This document shows, in pieces, positions 1 through 11,462 of a DNA stretch of 64,000 bases. The position numbers and the translations under genes are program-made. Position 1 is the stretch's first letter, and each line of letters opens with the position of its first letter. The notes beneath the pieces are model-generated. The model worked only from the letters and a program-made list of their open reading frames with translations. It did not search any database and was not told the DNA's origin. The stretch lies in NCBI RefSeq assembly GCF_001447785.1, contig NW_015174274.1, positions 1,067,440 through 1,131,439 on the forward strand, given 5' to 3'. The stretch comes from Gekko japonicus (Eukaryota).

Positions 1-296
1 TCTTTCCCTCCCTCTCCATGAAAAAGTGTGCTTGCACACAAAAACGTATACCTGGAATAAAACATTGCTGGTCTTCTTAAAAGGGCTACTGGACTCCATT
101 TCCCCCCCCTCTCTCTGGTTCTTTTCCTCCCCCTCCCTCCCCAGAGGATCTTTCCCTCCCTCTCCATGAAAAAGTGTGCTTGCACACAAAAACGTATACC
201 TGGAATAAAACATTGCTGGTCTTCTTAAAAGGGCTACTGGACTCCATTTCCCCCCCCTCTCTCTGGTTCTTTTCCTCCCCCTCCCTCCCCAGAGGA
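1..296. repeat. Tandem duplication of a 148-bp unit (1-148, 149-296) containing a Penelope-like terminal fragment
   Basis: Near-identical units. The 'gaataaaacattgctggtctt...aaagggctactggactc' segment resembles reptile Penelope ends; that family call is tentative. Confidence 0.8.
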
Positions 297-416
297 GCAA
301 AATCCCCAAAAGGAGGTGAATGCCTGTGGGGATATGTAAATATGTGGCATTCTGATGCCACAGTGCCACTTCTGGCCAATCCTGGAAGTACTGTCATTGT
401 GTTGGGGCAAAGCTCT

Positions 417-882
417 AAGGTTACCCCCCAAACTCCAGAGTTTTACCATAGATGACATCACCTGGAGTTTTGTGGGAGGTGATGTCATGACATCAGAACA
501 CTACGTATTCCCTCCACCACCACCACCACTCTACTGAGTATAGAGATGCAAGGTGGGCCCTAGGCCAGCAAGTCACTTCCAGCACATACCAGAAGCGATA
601 CCATTGTATCACAGGTGGGGATACTTTGGTATTTCAGAAAAGGCTCTACAGTAGAACCATTTTTACCATAGAGTTTTTACCCAAATACTAGAGCATCCTG
701 TGTTGCTGGCATCATGATGACTTCACTTCCGGTGATGTTGCATTGTCAATGATGTTGCTGCCTACCAGCCTAGGCCTTCCCCTGCTGCCAGTCCTGCTGC
801 CAGAAAGCTGATTGGCAGAGGCCGGGGGGCAGGGCCCGGAGATGGGGAAACCCTCCACCCCCAGCAAGGGCCTGGAAACCCT
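417..882. mobile_element. Degenerate hAT-type MITE (TAGGGTTGCC family)
   Basis: taaggttacc ... ggaaaccct termini; internal 'gatgacatcacttcc' motifs shared with other copies. Confidence 0.55.
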
Positions 883-1024
883 CACTAAGCAGCAGCAAAC
901 AACCCAGGCTGCTGGCTTGGAGGTCTCCCACTGCAACCCTACTACCTCCTAGTTGCCCGGGCCCTGCCAAGTAATCCAGCCAGTCACGGACCAGTGGATA
1001 GGGCTGTTTGCTCTTACGGACCCT

Positions 1025-1200
1025 GCCTTATGCTGCGCCATTGGTCTATCAAGGTCTATCAAGATCAGGCTTGTCTGCTCTGACTGGCAGCAGCTTTCCA
1101 GGGCCTCAGGTAAAGATCTTTCATATTATCTACTACCTAACCATTTTTAACCAAGGATTGAACCTGGGATCTTCTGCATGGACAGATCTACCATAGCCCC
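1025..1200 (-). mobile_element. tRNA-derived SINE
   Basis: Reverse complement gives a head ggggctatggtagatct...cccaggttcaatcc (B-box-like); related copies at ~53590-53750 and 57870-58060. Confidence 0.55.
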
Positions 1201-1370
1201 TCTCCACACAGTGGTCAAAGGAGGGATTCTTATGATTTGACACTTCCCTGCTCATCTCAGATATTCCTGAGGAATAGTCTTTGCCACATGCATACAGAGA
1301 ATGAACACTGAACATACTATAACATAAGAAACAGCCTTATATTGTGTCTAGCCACTGGATCATTGAAATC

Positions 1371-1800
1371 CAGGTTTGCCAACCTCCAGGTGTGTTCTGG
1401 AGTTCTCCCAGGATTACCACTGATCTCCAGACTACAGAGACCAGTTCCCCCTGGAGGACATGGCAGTTTTGGAGGATGGATTCTATGCAGGGGTCATTTC
1501 GTAGAAAAAGAGCTAGGGGGACTCATTAGCATAACTCATTAGCATATGCCACACCCCCTGACATCACCGGAAGTGTGTCCTCCCCACAGCCGGCGGCGAC
1601 CTCCAGCGGGCACCAGCAGGGAGCTCCAGGCCCCGCCCTCCCGCACCTCACCCGGGGGGATGGCATCCCCCCGCCGCGTCCCCCCCAAATGACCCCTGAT
1701 TCTATGGCATTATACCTCACGGAGGTCTCTGCCATCCATAACCTGTGTCCTTCCCAGGTGCTACCTTCGATCTCTAAGATTCTCCCAGTTGGCAACCCTA
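1371..1800. mobile_element. hAT MITE (AGGGTTGCCAA TIR) carrying a nested MITE at 1488-1698
   Basis: caggtttgccaa ... ttggcaacccta; internal sequence matches the 12967 and 17385 copies. Confidence 0.75.
1488..1698. mobile_element. hAT MITE (CAGGGGTCATTT TIR family)
   Basis: TIR caggggtcattt/aaatgacccctg; perfect 8-bp TSD ATTCTATG. Confidence 0.9.
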
Positions 1801-1990
1801 TTAGAGTCCAGGGCAGGAAGTAGTTCTCTTGGCTCTCAGGCCTCTGCCTTCCTCAGTCCTGCTAAAAATGAATAGAAGTTCTCTTCAAGTCCCATGCAAG
1901 CCATTCTGTTCTTTAATAATTTTACTTTTCTTTATTGTAGTTATTACGTCGGTTTGGATTCTTTATTCTTTTTATTTCTCATTTACATTT

Positions 1991-2525
1991 AATTCAGTGA
2001 CTGGCCTATGTCTGTGTGTGTAACTCTTTTTCTATCCAACTGAGATGTTGTCCAAATATCCTGTTCCTATTCAGAAATTTGAGGCCCTATCTGCCAAAGC
2101 ACATGAGCATATAAAAATGTTCCAAATTATTAGATATTTAAATGCAGTAATAAATCATTAATAAAAATGAAAAAATCTATCCTCAGGTTTAGATGACACA
2201 TACAGGCTCCTTACTTTATCAGCAGATAAAGAATAAATTTAACTACAGAGAGTGTGATAATTCAGTGACTGGCCTATGTCTGTGTGTGTAACTCTTTTTC
2301 TATCCAACTGAGATGTTGTCCAAATATCCTGTTCCTATTCAGAAATTTGAGGCCCTATCTGCCAAAGCACATGAGCATATAAAAAATGTTCCAAATTATT
2401 AGATATTTAAATGTAGTAATAAATCATAAATAAAAATGAAAAAAATCAATCCCCAGGTTTAGATGATACGTACAGGTGCCTTACTTTATCAGCAGAAAGA
2501 ATAAATCTAACTACAGAGAGTATGA
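1991..2525. repeat. Tandem duplication, ~268-bp unit x2
   Basis: aattcagtgactggcc...ctacagagag starts at 1991 and 2259; several substitutions and indels between copies. Confidence 0.9.
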
Positions 2526-2956
2526 CTCCCTTATCACTTTATTTCTCTTGTTCAAATATCCAATTTCTGCTAGTTCTTTCTCCGGCTAGCTCCAGTTCAC
2601 GGTATTTTGTCACCATAAGTGAGGTACACCTATTTGGTTGGTTTCAGTATTTTCTTCCCCTTCCTACCCTTGCCCTGCTCAGCCTTGCCTCACAACACTC
2701 AGTTGATTTTACTGTTTTTCTCCCAGGCCCATCAGCAAACATTTCATCTCTGCCAGGCCCACAGGTATTTGGCCAGTTCCTCCTCTGTGTCCCCTCCTGC
2801 TTGCTTGCCTCATAAACATGAAACTGAAATAATGTCAGTCAGGCATCAGAAAATACACAGAGGATGAATTATTTCTGAATGTAGTTAATTTTTCCTGTTC
2901 AGGTTACCATATTAGCAAATGGCATCTGTTCAGATTGGATCTTGATTAGTTACTGT

Positions 2957-3257
2957 CAGGGATCATTTAGTAGAAAAAGAAGTGCAGGAGCTCATTAGCA
3001 TAACTCATTTGCATAACTTATTTGCATATGCCACACACCCTGGTATCACCGGAAGTGTGTCAGAAGGCAACACCCACTGCTCAGGCTCCACTGGACTGTT
3101 TTGGATTGCTAGCTATGGGGGGGAACGTGCAGATCCTTGTGCTCCTCGTGGCCCGGGGCTGCTAGGAGCAGGGGGGGGCTTATTGCATGTGCCCGCCCCC
3201 TGGACTCTTTACTGCCGGAGCTCCGTTCCTGTGCGCTCCTGCAGGAAATGACCCCTG
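2957..3257. mobile_element. hAT MITE (CAGGGGTCATTT family)
   Basis: cagggatcattt/aaatgacccctg; perfect TSD GTTACTGT. Confidence 0.9.
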
Positions 3258-3348
3258 GTTACTGTAATGTTCAGGGAGGGAAGAGAGCTGCATAGGGTTG
3301 CCAGGTCTCCTCATTGCTCTGACGGTGGGATTTGAGGGGGGGCGCGTT

Positions 3349-3930
3349 CCGGGGGTGGGTGGGGGTCACCAAAGAAGACTCTGCAGAGTAGGGCAATGGC
3401 AAAACACTCCTGCTTCTCACTTGCCTTGAAAGCCCCTTGCTGTGGGGTCACCCTAAGTCGGCTGCGATTTGCTGGCTCTTTACACACACAGACACAGACA
3501 GTAGTGTTCAATAATCCATTTCATGTTTTATATTAGTTCCAGGACACTAACAAAGATACTCAGTGCTAATAAACAAAGACCCTCTGCATAGTCCTGAATG
3601 ACTGCACAATTATTCACTGTTGATGTAGTTTACAGTTACCGGGGGTGGGTGGGGATCACCAAAGAAGACACTGCAGAGTAGGGCAATGGCAAAACACTCC
3701 TGCTTCTCACTTGCCTTGAAAGCCCCTTGCTGTGGGGTCACCCTAAGTCGGCTGCGATTTGCTGGCTCTTTACACACACAGACACAGACAGTAGTGTTCA
3801 ATAATCCATTTCATGTTTTATATTAGTTCCAGGACACTAAGAAAGATACTCAGTGCTAATAAACTAAGACCCTCTGCATAGTCCTGAATGACTGCACAAT
3901 TATTCACTGTTGATGTAGTTTACAGTTACC
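3349..3930. repeat. Tandem duplication, ~290-bp unit x2 (includes a SINE tail fragment)
   Basis: ccgggggtgggtggg...tttacagttacc starts at 3349 and 3639, with a few substitutions. Confidence 0.9.
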
Positions 3931-6079
3931 TGAACTGAACTATTGCTGATGTGAAATCCTTTCGTGGAGAAGCTGGGGATGGCACTTGGGATCTTGCACA
4001 AAGCTTATCCCTCTCTGTGGAGCTATGAACCTTCTGCTGTCTTCAGAATGCTTTACAATTCAAGACTTGTGAGGTTAGTTAGGCTGAGAGACAGACTTGC
4101 TGAAGGCTGAGCAGGGAGTTTTATCCTTGACCTCTCACAGACAGAAGAACCAGCATTCTGTCCATAAAACCACATGAGGCCCCACATGCTGTAAATGCAA
4201 CACTAAAGCAATCTCAACAAATTATGTTTGCAAGTCAAAGGAGAAGATGCCATTTACTGAATGCCTTTTTATACTGCCAGCCTGTTTCACAATTGCCTTT
4301 TGTACGATTTTGAAATCAAAGGGCGTTTCTTTTTTGTTAAAAAAAATTGGGAGTGTGTTTTTTTGTTTTTGTTTTTCACTCTATGCCAGTTCAGCTAACC
4401 AGAAGCTTTCACAAAGGCTGGACCAGAAACAAGCCAGACAGTTTCCATGAGAGAGGGGGGGAAATTACAAAAAATAAAAACGTTACTTTTGACGCTAAAG
4501 GAAAAAGCCAATTGTTACCATATGAATCCAGTTATTAAAAAAAAACAGAGCTGGGAAGTCTACAAAGAATGTTGGGGTGTGGTTCATACAGAAGTAATGT
4601 AGAGTGGAAAAAAGGGAGACGTAACGGAGAAAGAGTCCGTTCTTCCAACTTTTTGCTCAGGGTGTAACGCAGCATAATCAAGCCTTTGGTTTCAGCCTGT
4701 TTTTGCCATTTGCTTCTGCTCTGTTAGTTCCGTTGATTGTGACAGTCAAGCCAGCATTCCAGAGTTATGAGCAACTGAATGGCCGTTTTATGTGGCTAGC
4801 CACCCATCTCCGTGAATAAGTCAGCCCCTGCTCAGAGATGACTGCTCGCGCCTTGCAGGGAGAAACAGGGGTGTTCAGAAAGAGACTCAGATATTGAGCT
4901 CTGTTGCTTAACATTGTAACAGTTTCATCCCCTGTGCTTTGGAGGCAAAGAAAACAGAGTATAGTACATTATGGGGCTAGAGTAGAGTGGGGAAACCATG
5001 AAACGAAGGTCTGTCATTTCCAAATTGCAGAGTCACCTTGGTATTGCAGTATAAAAAAATTGTGAAAGACAGCTACTTGCAGATTTTGTGAAGCGGAGCA
5101 TTACAAGAATATTACGACAACTAGTTTCACAGCAATATAATTTAAAAATTTAGTCTCTCTTTTCAAAAAATAATGTTAATTTTTTTGAAAAGATTCATGT
5201 TTGGCACACCCAGGGTCCTATTTGGGTGGAAAGGTGGCATCAAAATGTTTTAAATAAGTAGTAAAAGGGACAGTGTTCGTAAGGCTGAGAGCAGCAAGGG
5301 GAGAAATGTGACCCAGAGGCAGATTGGCTATTAAGGCCACCAAGAAAAATCCTGGCGGGCTGATGGTGGGGGGGGAGCTGCCCTTCCCCTGTGTGAAGCA
5401 AGCAGCAGCAGCTGTTGTGAGCCTTGTCCTGTAGAGGGCAGATGCAAGCCTGCAGCAGCACAAGCTAGAACTTGAGCAGAAAGCAGCATGCAAGCCAAGC
5501 CACATGTGGCAGACTGGCTGGTTCTCCCTCCCTCAGAGTGGGGTGGGGCTGACTGGTTCTTCCGGCCTCCAACCCTCCCTCCCTCCTTTGGGGATGAGCC
5601 CTTTCCAAGGCCATTCTTCCCTCCCAGTCTACAACTGACATGATCTACATAATTTCAAAACTTGAAAACAATTTTAGATATTACACTGGCAAGCCAGCTG
5701 GAGCCAGACCAGATGGCATTGTCTTTCAGGCACCTTTGTCTTTGGAAGTTGTGCAGGTTGTAGAGAATGTCTTTTAAAAATCTAAATAAAATGAATGGTT
5801 TGTAATTATTTTCTTTTTAAACTGCCCAGCTTCAAAACTTCTTTGAAAGCTAGCATTCAATCTATATATCTATGTCCCAAGTGTGGCACCCATCTGCGGA
5901 TAGCTAAACCTGCACACTTACACCAAACAGGTTTTTCTGCAGATTTTGGGGAACCCCTAGGCTTTCAGGAAAAAACTGAAAAGGTTAAAAAAAATCATGG
6001 GAGGGGGTTAAATTCCCCCAAATTAAATAACAATGCACTTACCATTGATGGGGCGGTGGCTGCAGTGGTGACAGAGTTT

Positions 6080-6340
6080 GGAAGCTGCAGGCAGGTTCAG
6101 CCATGGTGGCAGAGCCCAGGAGATGCTGGTAGGCCCAGCTGTGGTGGCAGCAGAGCCTGGGAATTTCCAGCAGGACTGGCCATGTCTGTGGTGGAGCTCA
6201 GGAGCCACTACAAACCCAGCTGTGGTGGTGGACCCCAGGAGATGTTCCAAGCCCAGCCATGGCAATGGCAGAGCCCGGGAGCCCCCCAGGGCTCGAAGCA
6301 GCTCCCAGATACCACCACTGCTGGAGCCACACCAGATGGC
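6080..6340. repeat. Degenerate GC-rich minisatellite inside an unclassified repeat
   Basis: Recurrent 'cccagc..tggtggcagagcc..gga' units. Confidence 0.5.
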
Positions 6341-6998
6341 AATGGAGGGGATAGTATTCCCTCCCCCATGAGTTTTATGCCCCCCCATTTTATATTTTAA
6401 TAGCAAAATTGACCCATCTTTGGATACTTAAATCTGGTGACTAAAACTGTGAATGGGCAAGTCAGATCTTTTTAGATTTCGAATTTTTCTGCTTCCCATG
6501 AATGGGCAAGACAGATCTTTCTACAACACTGAAAAGCCCCCCCCCCCCGTTTGCAGAAAAAAATTGAAATCTGAAAAAACCCAAAACACTGGAGAGTTTT
6601 AAAAACTGAAAAGGGCAAAAGGAGTGCCTGTAGCTTAAAGAAACAGATTCCACCAAAGTACCACAGAGTAATGAATAAACACAGAGTTATCATAGTAAAT
6701 ACAGTTAATAGCCGGGATTGTCTTGTTATTTTTATAAATTGTACTCTTCCAATGGTTCTAATTCTTATCTTGTTGTAATCTATACCTCCCTATTTTTCCT
6801 GGTTATGTTTACCGTGTTTTGTGCATTGTAAAAAAGTATAAAAATGAAATTAAAAAAAACCCCACAGATTCCCTCAGCTAGGCAACCACAGTATTCCAAG
6901 CTTGGTTCTGTCAGTAAAAGGCAGTGGTAGGAGGCAGAGCTATTTCCAGGCCTGTTTTGGCTTGTATGGGGCGGGGGCACCTTGGGGCCAGGCCTGAC

Positions 6999-7208
6999 TA
7001 AGGTTGCCAGGTCCAGGTGGAAATGTTCCTGGAGATTTTGGGGTGAAGTCTGAGGAGGGCAGGGTTTGGTGAGCAAGAAGGCCTTAGCTGAATATAATGC
7101 CACCCTCCAAAGTAGCTATTTTCTCCAGGAGAACTGATCTCTGTCATCTGGAGTTCAGCTGTAATTCTGGCGGAATCTCCAGGTCCCACCTGGAAGCTGG
7201 CAATCCTA
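6999..7208. mobile_element. hAT MITE (TAGGGTTGCCA family)
   Basis: taaggttgcca/tggcaatccta; TSD GGCCTGAC/GACCTGAC. Confidence 0.85.
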
Positions 7209-7310
7209 GACCTGACAGCAGCCTCTGAGTGACTTGATACCACCCGACTTGCAATGACTCAACTAGGCCTGGCTGCTTGCTAGTGTTCAACAGCCGTCAC
7301 CTTATGAAAA

Positions 7311-7480
7311 CCAGTGTAGTGTAGCAGTTAGAGCTTCAGAATAGGGTCTGGGAGGCCCAGGTTTGAATCCTCATCTTCCTGTGGAAGCCCACCAGGTGAT
7401 TTTGGACCAGTTACATACTTTCATCCTAACCTACCTCACAGGGTTGTTGTGTAGATAAAAAGAGGAGAGGAGAATAATGT
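7311..7480 (+). mobile_element. tRNA-derived squamate SINE
   Basis: A/B-box-like head (gtagcagttag...ggtttgaatcc) plus 'ctacctcacagggttgttgtg' core; reverse copies at ~26030-26260, 30295-30497, 23840-23930, 29780-29915. Confidence 0.7.
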
Positions 7481-7879
7481 AAACTGTAAGATCCCATCTC
7501 ACAAGTCTTTGAGGTCCTCTACTATGCAAATGGGCCTGGCTCAGTGGACAGCACCACACAACTGGGCCACAGTTTCCTAGGTAGAGGCTGCTGGGGGGGG
7601 GCAGAGGGAAAGCTTAAGACAGAGGGGGCTTTCAGGAAAGGGAAACAGGAAATAGTGGGCTAGACAGGCCCATAGTGGGCTAGGCATTTCAGGGCCCGGT
7701 CCCCCATTTTCCTAAGAAGGCCCCACGACTTCCATTTAGCCCAGGCCCACCACTGCTGCCCCTTCCTCAAGCACAGCTTGCTTCTCCACTGCTACCACTG
7801 CCCCTTTCCTAAGTGGCTGGTCAGTTTCCCTGGCAGGGCTCTGGCATGCTCTCTCCAGCTGCATGGAAACATGCATGTG

Positions 7880-8847
7880 GTATGAAGGCAAAGATCTGCA
7901 CAGGTCCTGGAGGAAGAGCCACTGCCTTCTCAGCTTCCCAGATGGTGACGAGACCGAAGCACTCTCCTGGAACTACAAGATCAGCACATCTTGCTGGTAA
8001 ACTGGAAGTAAATACTGACTTTCCCAATATGCTGGCTACAGCATTGCGCCCTCTGTTGGATCAGATGACTAATCTCAATAATAACTTTGAAGCACTCCAA
8101 AAACAGCTGAAAGAGACTAATATAAAAGCAGAGGAGATGGCAAAATCAGTGAAAAAGGTTGAAGCCAAGACAAAAGCAATTAAGCAAAGACTGGAGGTAG
8201 TGGAGAAAGAGAGGACCTCTGACAGCTTTTAAGACTCCAAATGGAAAAATCAACTTTTGCGCTGAGATTTCAAGGTGTTCCTGAACAGAAGGGTGAGAAT
8301 CTGAAGGAAATCTTAGGTGAAGCATTGGCCCCAATGACAGGTTTATCTGTGGATGTATTGCAAAGCGATATGGATATGATCTATCAGACATATCCAAAAT
8401 TTATCCAGAAAAAAACCCTGCCTGGGGAGATAATGGTGAGATGCAGCACATATGGGTCGGGAGGTTCGGAATGCACGGCGAGCAGTAACCCAGAAGAGGA
8501 CTCCAAATCTGAAAAAGGGGCTGCAGCCCCAAAACTCTTGAAAGTCCAATGATAAAAAGAAATATAGAGGAAAGAAATTGAAAACAGAATCTTATAAGCT
8601 TGAAAGTTTAATTGTTTAAGCTGTACTTACCTGATTTAACCAAAGAAATATCAGTTTGTAATAGACGCTGTAAGCAATAGCTACATTCCATTATTATAGA
8701 GGGAACTTTGATTAAGCTAATGACTAATCATTCTGTATGATCCTTGTGTAGCTTATCTTTTAGTTTAGTGTTCTAGTGTTTTCTAGTGTTCTGGTGTTTG
8801 TAGTTTGTAGTGTTTGTAGGAAGAAAATAAAAAATTTCAAAAAAAAA
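7880..8847 (+). mobile_element. L1-ORF1-only (HAL1-like) retroposon, degraded, with internal deletion
   Basis: ATG at 7942, coiled coil, frameshift, then the RRM-type motif LRFQGVPE...LPGEIMVR, an acidic tail EEDS..EKGA, a 3' UTR, AATAAA and an A-tail; no ORF2. The 5' boundary is approximate. Confidence 0.75.
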
Positions 8848-9749
8848 CCCCACAACTCAGAATTTCTCCTAAACCAACTGCACAGCATCACAATGGTCCT
8901 CTGCTGCTGCTAAGAGAGGGAGATTGGTAGATTGATCAGTGTTCATTAATCATTTTGATCTAGGAAGCAGCAAGAAAGTAATATGAAGTTTTACAGACAA
9001 GAGTTTGTCCTTTTTGTCACTGGTTTTCAAAGCTCTATGATGAATATCAGAAAGCAGCTTTTCAGGTGCGACTGTACTGCAGATATGCTCTGGGTGCATT
9101 TGTGGTGAGACCTATGCCTGCCCAAGTTCTCTTCTTCTCATTAGGTTCCAGAGAGCAGGAAATGATAAGCAGGCAACCTTGTACTGTTCTGGTGCCTGTA
9201 AATGCTTTGTTAACTACACTACCCAAACTACCCCACCCACAGACAGAAGTCCATTAAACCCACCAGTATTAGATTGCACAGTCTCTGTGTGTCCTTCACT
9301 GTCCTTGAAAAACAATTCACACAAGACCTTGACTGGCTCCATTTCCTACTGTTAGGGATAAATATTTTTGTGAGGCCTTAATGTCTTTACCAAGGAAAAC
9401 ACTGTCCAAAATTGAAGACGTTATCCCTTGTATTTGCTGTGCCAGTTTGATACAGAACATTGTTTGCAAGAAACAATGATAGCACACAACTGCCTTTTTA
9501 TGGGGCCAGTTTCCACAGACAAAAGAAAACACACACTTTACCAGCACCAGCAGTGATCTGCTACTAAAAAGTTTTCTCCCTAGAATTCCATAATTCATTG
9601 TAAACACTCTGGAGGGAGATTTACTCTCATTATGCATAGGAAGCATGCTCTGTTAAACTTAATTTATAACAATACATACGATGCAACCGTCAGAGAAAGA
9701 AAAACCCTTATCTTGTGTTGCACTGGCATTTAATATATGCCGTCAAGTC

Positions 9750-9930
9750 ACATCTGACTTGGGGTTTTCAAGGCAAGAGACCCTCAGTGGTAGTTTGCTG
9801 TTGCTTTCCTCTGCAGAGCAACCCTGGACTTCCTTGGTGGTCTCCCATCCAAGTACTAACCGAGGCTAACCCTCCTTAGCTTCCAAGATCTAACAAAATC
9901 AGGCTAGCCTGGGCCATCCAGGGCAGGGCA
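9750..9930 (-). mobile_element. 5S rRNA-derived SINE (SINE3)
   Basis: Reverse complement 'gatcttggaagctaag...ggttagtacttggatgggagacc' matches the 5S internal control region, followed by a non-5S tail. Confidence 0.85.
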
Positions 9931-10018
9931 ACATTCAACGGGATGGAGCTATTCTTTTATGATTATTGTTTAGGTGCAATCAGAAGGAAACATGCTCAAC
10001 TGAAATAAAGCAACCTAC

Positions 10019-10200
10019 CTCCAGAACATCATAGTTGCAACTTGGATGGTACTCAATATCAAATTCCACAATAGTGAGTTGGATGCTGCTGCTTGGTGCT
10101 GTGTGAATAAACCAGTGACATTCCCTATTGTGGGGATACCTGTTAGGGTATCCAGGGCTATGGAAAGATCCTGATGTCCCACTGAGCTCTCCACCACAAC
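10019..10200 (-). CDS. CUBN: CUBN exon (~29), CUB9 N-half: (G)[60 protein letters not shown]
   Basis: ttttccag| ... |gtaggt; 182 bp; inside ORF 9980..10213. Confidence 0.95.
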
Positions 10201-11074
10201 CTGGAAAAAGCACACAAGACAGTTTAGTATGCCAGAAAGAATAATCTCAGTGCAAAGATGTTCAAAATCTGAATGTACTTGACAATATAGAGTTAAGTTT
10301 GATTCGCACAAACTTTCCAGCATGATGAAAAGTTGATGTCATCCATGTTGCATCCAGCTCTTGGCGTGCTGGTTCTGTGCATTCATGTGTGGCCAGATCA
10401 CAGCTCACCCCAAGCCCATAAATATGGTTGTTGGGAAGATAAAATAGAGAAAGAAGTATCACTGTATGTTGCCCAGAGTTCCTTGGAGGAAGAGTAGAAT
10501 AAAAAAAGGTGGCAAATGGATAAATGGAGATGGGGATAACATTTGGGGTGAGTACCAGTCTGCCATATGGCAAAGCAATCCAAGATCACTTCAGCACGGG
10601 ATGCTGCTAAGCAGCTGAAATGGTTTATTGCCTCATCCTTCTAGTCTGGTTATTTTCCACTTCTGAAATTTCTGGTAACATTTTCCACACTGACCCACCT
10701 GCCATAGCATCAGTGAGCACATGCCATGGAATTACATATTGCAGAGGGGTTCTGGCCATATGCTAGGGGTATAAGCTCAGTTCATGTAGGACACTGGGCA
10801 AGGCACATTCTGCTCAGTGTGAATGTGCCTCACAGCACCCACAAAAATACACTACCTTTTGGCTACACACTAAAGCAGGAAATTTATTTAAAATATTAAT
10901 AAATCCACCTTTCTCTTGAGCATCTGAGAATATCAGAAATGGTAGGCAAGTGGTCTTTCAAGGATGCCTGTCCATTATTACTGCTCTTCTAAGGTTCCCT
11001 GGAACACAGTTTGTATGTCACTGCTACACCAATATTCTGACCACTCATGTAATAATGATAAAGATAGCTGAATT

Positions 11075-11462
11075 TCCATTGCACTGGCTGCCTATAGCAC
11101 ACCGAATTCAGTTCAAGGTTCTGGTGAGGACCTACATACCTAAGGGACTGCCTTTCCCCACATGTTCCCCAGAGAGCACTACAATCAGGGACCCAAAATC
11201 GTCTGGCCCTCCCAGGTCCTAGAGAAGCCAGGCTGGTTGTGACAAGGGCCAGGGCCTTTTCAGTGGCAGCTCCGCATTATTGGACGTTGCTAATGCCTGC
11301 CACCGGTTACGAATCTGCACTAGCACTTTATGCTATGTTTTATAATCATTTTGTTGTGGTTTTATTGAATTTTGTGTTTTAGTTGTTCAATATATTTTAT
11401 GTAAGCCACCCTGAGCCTGCCTTGGCAGAGAGGGCGGGATACAAATCAAATAAATAAATAAA
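11075..11462 (+). mobile_element. L2 LINE 3' fragment
   Basis: Encodes LHWLPIAHRIQFKVL; ends with 'taagccaccctgagcc...gggcgggatac' and a (TAAA)n tail. Confidence 0.85.

Noticed and set aside
3925-4030. Possible next CUBN exon (CUB9 C-half): minus strand ...KGFHISNSSVQ|gtaact
   Set aside because: No DG..C..F..D CUB pattern upstream, wrong phase, and SINE-like flanking sequence. The real exon is probably beyond the left edge of the window.
5795-6400. 201-aa ORF
   Set aside because: Open frame across a GC-rich minisatellite; no domain or splice context.
9750-9930. 5S rRNA gene
   Set aside because: Diverged 5S head fused to a retroposon tail, with three dispersed copies: a SINE3, not an rRNA gene.
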